A model generated the notes under the pieces. It saw only the letters and a list, made by a program, of their open reading frames with translations. It was not told the origin of the DNA and ran no database searches. A stretch of 64,000 bases of DNA from Macrostomum hystrix (Eukaryota > Animalia > Platyhelminthes), in contig CATNEN010000007.1 in NCBI GenBank assembly GCA_950097015.1, forward strand, positions 6,324,001 through 6,388,000, written 5' to 3'. Position 1 is the stretch's first letter; the number at the start of each line of letters is the position of its first letter. This document shows, piece after piece, positions 58,531-64,000 of the stretch. The translations under genes and the position numbers were made by a program.

Positions 58531-59170
58531 TTTTTATATTAATACCTATAACATTATATAAAATACATGTTACAATTTTTATAGGACATTAAAAATAAGA
58601 ACCATCACAACTTTGGTGGCAAAATCAGGATAATGAATTTACAAAGAAGTTAGACAAAAGCTTTGCAAAATCCCTTGGGCCTTGGCATATATCCTTAATT
58701 ATCATTGTCCCATATTTCTATTATCTTATTGGTTAATTTCACCAGAAAAAAATTTGAGTGATAATGTTTAGCATATATCACTAGGCCTATATCCTTTCTA
58801 AGGAGTTAATATGAAGTCACTTTTCAAGTTGGGCCAGTTGTGTATACCCCCCAAAAAACCTTAACTTCTATTAGTAGGGCTAATCTAGAATTCTATGTAA
58901 TAGGCCCCTATGTTATCCATTTAGAACTCTTGAAATACTAAATTTATAATACTAGCAATAGCCCAAAAAACCCACAATATGCTATTGCTTGGCCTAACTT
59001 AGGCTTAGGAAATGTTAGGGTCTATAATAGCAAAAATATTATTTGCTGTGTCTTTTTACTAAAAACAACTGAGCTACATTTAGAATGGCTAGGTAGTCCT
59101 ATGTAAATTAAATTAGATAATCTGAAATAAAATGCTAGGCCTAACCACAATATAGAAAATATTAGAACAG

Positions 59171-59596
59171 CACCCGACGGCAGAGGTCTAGAAAGGGAAA
59201 AAACTTTAAATATCTCTTGTCTAGCCTGGAAAAAGCTCATCTGTTAAGCTTTCTTCTATGGACTAGAATGGAAAATTAGGTTTGCTATCAAGAGTCAACT
59301 TGAAGAAAAAAGATTGACTGTAAAATCTGTCAAGCAGCTATAGGCCTTGGTAATTTTTGCATTGAAAAGAACATGTAAATTGTATAAACAGGATTTTAAA
59401 ATAGGCCTATCTTAACAGGATTTTAACAGGATTTTAAACAGGATTTTTTAAAATGAAAAATTAAAGTACTAGTATTTTAAAACAGATGAGCTTTTTCCGG
59501 TCTAGTCTATAGAAGAAAGCTTAACAGACGAGCTTTTTCCAGGCTAGATGAGAGATATTTTAAGATTTTTCCCATCTAGACCTCTGCTGTCGGGTG
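59171..59596. mobile_element. MITE with ~95-bp TIRs (CACCCGAC...GTCGGGTG)
   Basis: 59171-59266 is the near reverse complement of 59500-59596; AG on both flanks; internal AACAGGATTTT repeats. Confidence 0.85.
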
Positions 59597-60727
59597 AGAA
59601 CCTAATACATACACAGCTTGCTAGCTAAAAGCCTTGCCAAGGCCAAAGCAAAGCCAAAGGTTTAGACTAAAAGTCTAGCATTTTGTATTTGAAAATGATG
59701 AAATATTCATTTAAGTTACAAAAAAGATAATTATAGAATTATACATAACAGACTATAGTGTTTATTTACGATACAAGGATCATGGTGATAGTGACAATGG
59801 ATAGGCCCTAGGTGGTAGTGGAAGGTAAACGAGGTCGTGCCTTTTAACTCCTTTTAACTCCTCGTGCCTTTTAGCGGATAGCTCGTAACGTATCGTGGAA
59901 ATAATTTCCGTCATTTTCCAAGGATTCTTAGAAAAAATAAGGCCCTACGCCTTTTTATACGAAAAATAGCTGCCCTGCTAACTGTGCGGTGAAAATTAAG
60001 GCGCGCATTAGCTAGGTAGCTTATCCACACGGAACACAGGCAACATAGCTGCCCTATTTTTTGTATATTCCGTGAACTAAGTCCCGGCCGATGCAGAGCA
60101 GCACAGGAGTAGCACTTGAAGTAGCACAGGTCCCGGACGCGCTCGACCTTAGGTGTCGCGAATGATGGTTAAACTTTGCTATCAACTGATGGGCACACAA
60201 CGCGTGCTTTCATGTTAAATAGATGGCCACGCAGTGGGTGTCGACTTTTGGAGGTGACTAGCCTCAGCTTCCCTCTGGGCACGATCCAGCTCACCCAGCC
60301 GGGAGCTGGTGAGCCAGGGCATACAGGCCGCGGTGGCATGCCTCCATGCTACACAGATTCGACGACGGCCTTGTACCGCACAGCGACGTGCAGGAGCAAT
60401 CCTGATGGGCGAAAGTATAACATGCAAACGCGGCGTCGCATTTTTAGAACGACCGTCCGTTTGGCGCTCTAATTAGAGAACGCTGTCCACACAGACGCTC
60501 AGACTGCGAAGCTTGCTGTGCATGGGAATTTTCTATTTCGATACCCTAATGCAATTAGTGCGAATACAATTAATGCAAGTACACAAAATTCTGTTGAGAA
60601 TAGGATCCAGAAATTTCAGACTAAATTTAGAGAAAGTGTAAATACTTTCAGAAAGAAAAGACTAGCAAATAAATTCCCCCTTTGTCGGAGGGACGGAGGG
60701 AGGTAATGAGACTTTGCTTAGAGATCT

Positions 60728-61083
60728 AATGTCCCCCAGCAGCAAATAACCAATGTCCCCTCAGCAGCAGAGAACCAATGCCCCCCCCAGCAGCAGAGAA
60801 CCAAATCCCCTCAGCAGCAAATAACCAATGTCCCCTCAGCAGCAGAGAACCAATGCCCCCCCAGCAGCAGAGAACCAAATCCCCTCAGCAGCAGAGAACC
60901 AATGCCCCCCAGCAGCAGAGAACCAATGCCACTCCAGCAGCAGGGAACCAAATCCCCTCAGCAGCAGAGAACCAATGCCCCTTCAGCAGCAGAGAACCAA
61001 TGCCCCCCAGCAGCAGAGAACAAATGCCCCCCAGCAGCAGAGAACCAATGCCCCCCAGCAGCAGAGAACTAATGTCCCCTCAG
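60728..61083. repeat. 24-25-bp minisatellite (CCCCCAGCAGCAGAGAACCAATGC)
   Basis: Read directly. Confidence 0.93.
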
Positions 61084-61148
61084 TAGCAAAGAACGAATTC
61101 CCCGCTAAAAGAAGAGAACCTCCATAATACCAGGCTACCAAACCCTCC

Positions 61149-61610
61149 CAACTGTGAGATCACACTCTCATAATTACACTGCAACTGTGAGATCTCACTC
61201 TCATAATCACACTGCAACTGTGAGATCTCACTCTCATAATTACACTGTAACTGTGAGATCTCACTCTCATAATCACACTGCGACTGTGAGATCTCACTCT
61301 CATAATCACACTGCAACTGTGAGATCTTACTCTCATAATCACACTGCAAATCTGAGATCTCACTCTCATAATCACACTGCAACTGTGAGATCTTACTCTC
61401 ATAATCACACTGCAAATCTGAGATCTCACTCTCATAATCACACTGCAACTGTGAGATCTCACTCTCATAATCACACTGCAACTGTGAGATCTCACTCTCA
61501 TAATCACACTGCAACTGTGAGATCTCACTCTCATAATCACACTGCAACTGTGAGATCTCACTCTCATAATCACACTGCAACTGTGAGATCTCACTCTAAT
61601 AATCACACTG
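61149..61610. repeat. 33-bp minisatellite with internal 12-bp palindrome GTGAGATCTCAC
   Basis: Unit CAACTGTGAGATCTCACTCTCATAATCACACTG, about 14 copies. Confidence 0.96.
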
Positions 61611-61698
61611 TAGAGAGATAGAGATGTAGAGATGAGATGGTAAAAATCCAGTCCAAGCCAAAATCTCACGCAGCTCAACGCTGATTGGCCACTGGTAG

Positions 61699-62114
61699 GT
61701 CGAGGAGGACAGCCATCGAGAGAAGGGAGAAGATTCTCAGCGAGCTGGAACGCAAGATCGCAGCGGTGAAGTACAGGCAGCTCGTCTGGCAAGCTGGAGG
61801 CAGTGAAACTGGAGGAGCTGCAGAAAGCCATCAAGCTGATTTTTAAGAAGTGCGGCTGCCCCGACGCGCACAGCAAGGAAATTCTCGGCGCCGAGATCCC
61901 AGCTGCAACTGCATCCCAGTGGAATTTCAAAGTCCCAGTCAGCTCGACCGACATATACTCAGCAACGTTGAAAGTCGCGACCCTTTGCGCCAGTGAGAAA
62001 CTTCTATCGGATGTGTGCAGCTTGCAAAGGAGATCCAATAGAAGTTGCTCACTGGCGCGAAGGGTGGCGACTTTTCAATGTTGCTGAGTATAGACCGACG
62101 AGCAGAGTTCTTGA
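61699..62114 (+). pseudogene. Frame-broken coiled-coil exon fragment, CCDC63/CCDC114 (dynein docking complex)-like, interrupted by a MITE
   Basis: REKILSELERKI.. then a frame shift to KLEELQKAIKLIFKKCGCPDAHSKEILG, resembling the recalled ODA-DC motif L.QLK..I..LF.K..CD.....LG. Confidence 0.35.
61954..62092. mobile_element. 139-bp hairpin MITE with ~60-bp arms
   Basis: TATACTCAGCAACGTTGAAAGTCGCGACCCTT..CTATCGGAT / ATCCAATAG..AGGGTGGCGACTTTTCAATGTTGCTGAGTATA; flanked by GACCGACA and GACCGACG. Confidence 0.85.
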
Positions 62115-62807
62115 GCAGAAACTTCGCCCTCCTGTGATAAGATAATATATAATTATTCGAGTGAACTTGTTATTGACCAGAGCATGAAATATTGGTTTGT
62201 CTTATCTTAAACCTCAATTAATTAAACTTTATCTATATCTATGATCAGATAATATGTAATTTAGATAAGGCACGCTACCAATGCGATAAGATAAGGGCTA
62301 ATGAGCTGCTAATTAGCAGTTTTTGGCTGGATCAGGACAGACGGAGTAACTGTACACTCCAGCTCTCACTCCCACCCTCCGCCGGGTGGAGACTTGGAGA
62401 GAGTGGACTGGGGTTGAGTCAGTTGCGGGCACGCCACCTTGATTATTGATCGCCCATGGTGGAACGCACAGCAGAGAACGCGAGAGCCACGGAAAGAGAA
62501 CGTGAGCTCTCACTTTACCAGCGGCCTCTCTTCCACCCCCTGACATTCCTTGCCTCCGTCACAATGGTGAGGCTGGCGCAGTGGGGTGGGTGCGCGGATT
62601 TCTCTTACCCTGCCTTTCATTCCGGCCGCCCCAACCCAGACCAGTCATTTCAATTCCTAGCCAGCGAGCGCGCCAGTTTAAAATCTCTCTTCCGCCTTCT
62701 TTTTCCTTATTGCTTCGCAAAGAGCAAACAAAACTTTCTTCAATAAACCTTCCCAGCGTTAGCAGCGTTCTAGCTTCACCTGCGTCGGGGCATACGTAGG
62801 CCAAACG

Positions 62808-63935
62808 ATGGCGGAAAAGTACTATCAGAACTCGCTTTACTCGTCGACTAAACCGAAGGACAACAATGGCAGTGGCCAGCCGCAGTACGAGGACGCAGCA
62901 TCCTTCCACCAGCAGCAGCCGGGCCGCACCCGCAGTGTCATCTCGGCCCGCACAGGCGCCAGCGCGTACAGCCAGGTGACGAAAAAGTCCAGCGAATTCT
63001 TTCGCACGGACGTCGGCAGCTTAGAACGCAAAGTGCCGCTGGGCCAGCGCATCTCCAAGTTCATCTGGAACCCGGATGATCGCACCTTCCTTGAGCGCGA
63101 CGGCCTCGCCTGGGCCAGGCTCATTGTTTTCTACATCGCATTCTACGCCTTCATCGCCCTGATCTGGATGGCCTGCTTCGCGCTGTTCGACTTCGCGGTG
63201 CTGAATGAGGACCGGCCGGTGCTGTCCGGAGAGCAGAACGTGCTGCGCCTGAACCCCAGTCTGAGCTACATTCCGCAGCCCGACTACTACACCAGCCTTA
63301 TTCGCTACCGCAACAGCCGCTTCTCCAGCGCCAGAAAATACATTGACGACCTCGTGGCGTTCACGCAGTGGTACGAGGACTACGCACTGCAGGGCAAAAG
63401 TTTTGTCACCGAAACCACCAAAGACTGCGCCGCCGATGGCAAGAATACAGACCCGGTCAACACCGTCTGCCGCTTCAACCTGGACGTTGGCCGGCGCTGC
63501 AACGCCTACGTCAACTTCGGCTTCGTCGACGGCGATCCGTGCATCGCGCTGAAGCTCAACCGCGTCTACGGCTGGGTGCCGGACCCAGTGGACGAAGGAA
63601 CCTCCACGAACGCGTCAAGCACTGGCGTGCTGGTAAAGTGCCAGGGCAGAACGCCGACGGACCGGGACTTCATCAAGCAGATCTGCTATCACTACACCAG
63701 CAACGGCTGGGACGGCTCTGACGGCTACTGCAAGGAGGGCTACGGCGTCTTCGAGCAGTATTACTTCCCCTACCTGAGGCAGCTGCGCTACATGTCTCCG
63801 CTGGTGTTTGTCGAGTTTAGGGGCATCACCCGCAATGTGGTCACCATGATCGAGTGCTGGGCCGAGGCCAAGAACATCAAACTCGACCGCACCTACCGCA
63901 TCGGAATGGTCCAGTTTGAGATTCTCATCGACTGA
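62808..63935 (+). CDS. ATP1B: Na+/K+-ATPase beta subunit (nervana/ATP1B family), intronless, 375 aa
   Basis: FIWNP..FLER.G.AW.RLIVFY..FY TM segment, CRF, C....FGF.DG.PC..LKLNRVYGW.P, YYFPY, Y.SPLV.V, IECWA.AKNI. Confidence 0.95.
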   Translation: MAEKYYQNSLYSSTKPKDNNGSGQPQYEDAASFHQQQPGRTRSVISARTGASAYSQVTKKSSEFFRTDVGSLERKVPLGQRISKFIWNPDDRTFLERDGLAWARLIVFYIAFYAFIALIWMACFALFDFAVLNEDRPVLSGEQNVLRLNPSLSYIPQPDYYTSLIRYRNSRFSSARKYIDDLVAFTQWYEDYALQGKSFVTETTKDCAADGKNTDPVNTVCRFNLDVGRRCNAYVNFGFVDGDPCIALKLNRVYGWVPDPVDEGTSTNASSTGVLVKCQGRTPTDRDFIKQICYHYTSNGWDGSDGYCKEGYGVFEQYYFPYLRQLRYMSPLVFVEFRGITRNVVTMIECWAEAKNIKLDRTYRIGMVQFEILID

Positions 63936-64000
63936 GTTTCTATTGAGATTTGGCACCTGCATGCTTTTTAGCATTCAGAAATCGGGTCATTCAGTGAGCA

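Noticed and set aside
1921-61610. CRISPR-like arrays among the many periodic repeats
   Set aside because: Units are contiguous with no unique spacers, there are no cas genes, and the context is eukaryotic.
60778-61621. QCDYESEISQL coiled-coil-like and PQQQRTNA ORFs
   Set aside because: Products of 33- and 24/25-bp repeats; nothing supports translation.

Overview
Eukaryotic (metazoan) genomic DNA: GC-rich spliced genes with GT-AG introns, poly-Q tracts, AT-rich intergenic stretches and a very high density of intronic minisatellites. The style suggests a free-living flatworm such as Macrostomum (inference, not verified). Gene models assembled by hand from splice sites all close in frame. In order: a non-LTR retrotransposon ORF2 (APE + start of RT, - strand, runs off the left edge); the 3' part of a mucin-like protocadherin (+); CD36/SCARB2-like (-); a 4-finger C2H2 protein (+); Sin3 (-), whose 7.4-kb intron holds a complete antisense voltage-gated Na+ channel gene (DEKA filter, only one 86-bp intron); DTL/Cdt2 (+); a LIAT1-like gene (+); CRAMP1/cramped (-); and an intronless Na+/K+-ATPase beta subunit (+). 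The best candidate for something new is the nested, nearly intronless Nav1, which carries the TTX-resistant-type DI Cys, further pore and S6 substitutions, an IFL inactivation latch and a degenerate IQ motif. Also noted: a tRNA-headed SINE and a truncated relative with target-site duplications (TSDs), several MITEs, head-to-tail Helitron/HINE-like units with a minisatellite core, minisatellites built from splice-site sequence, a tRNA-Lys-like tandem repeat, and hints of trans-splicing or operon organisation. Protein assignments come from recalled motifs; no database search was run.
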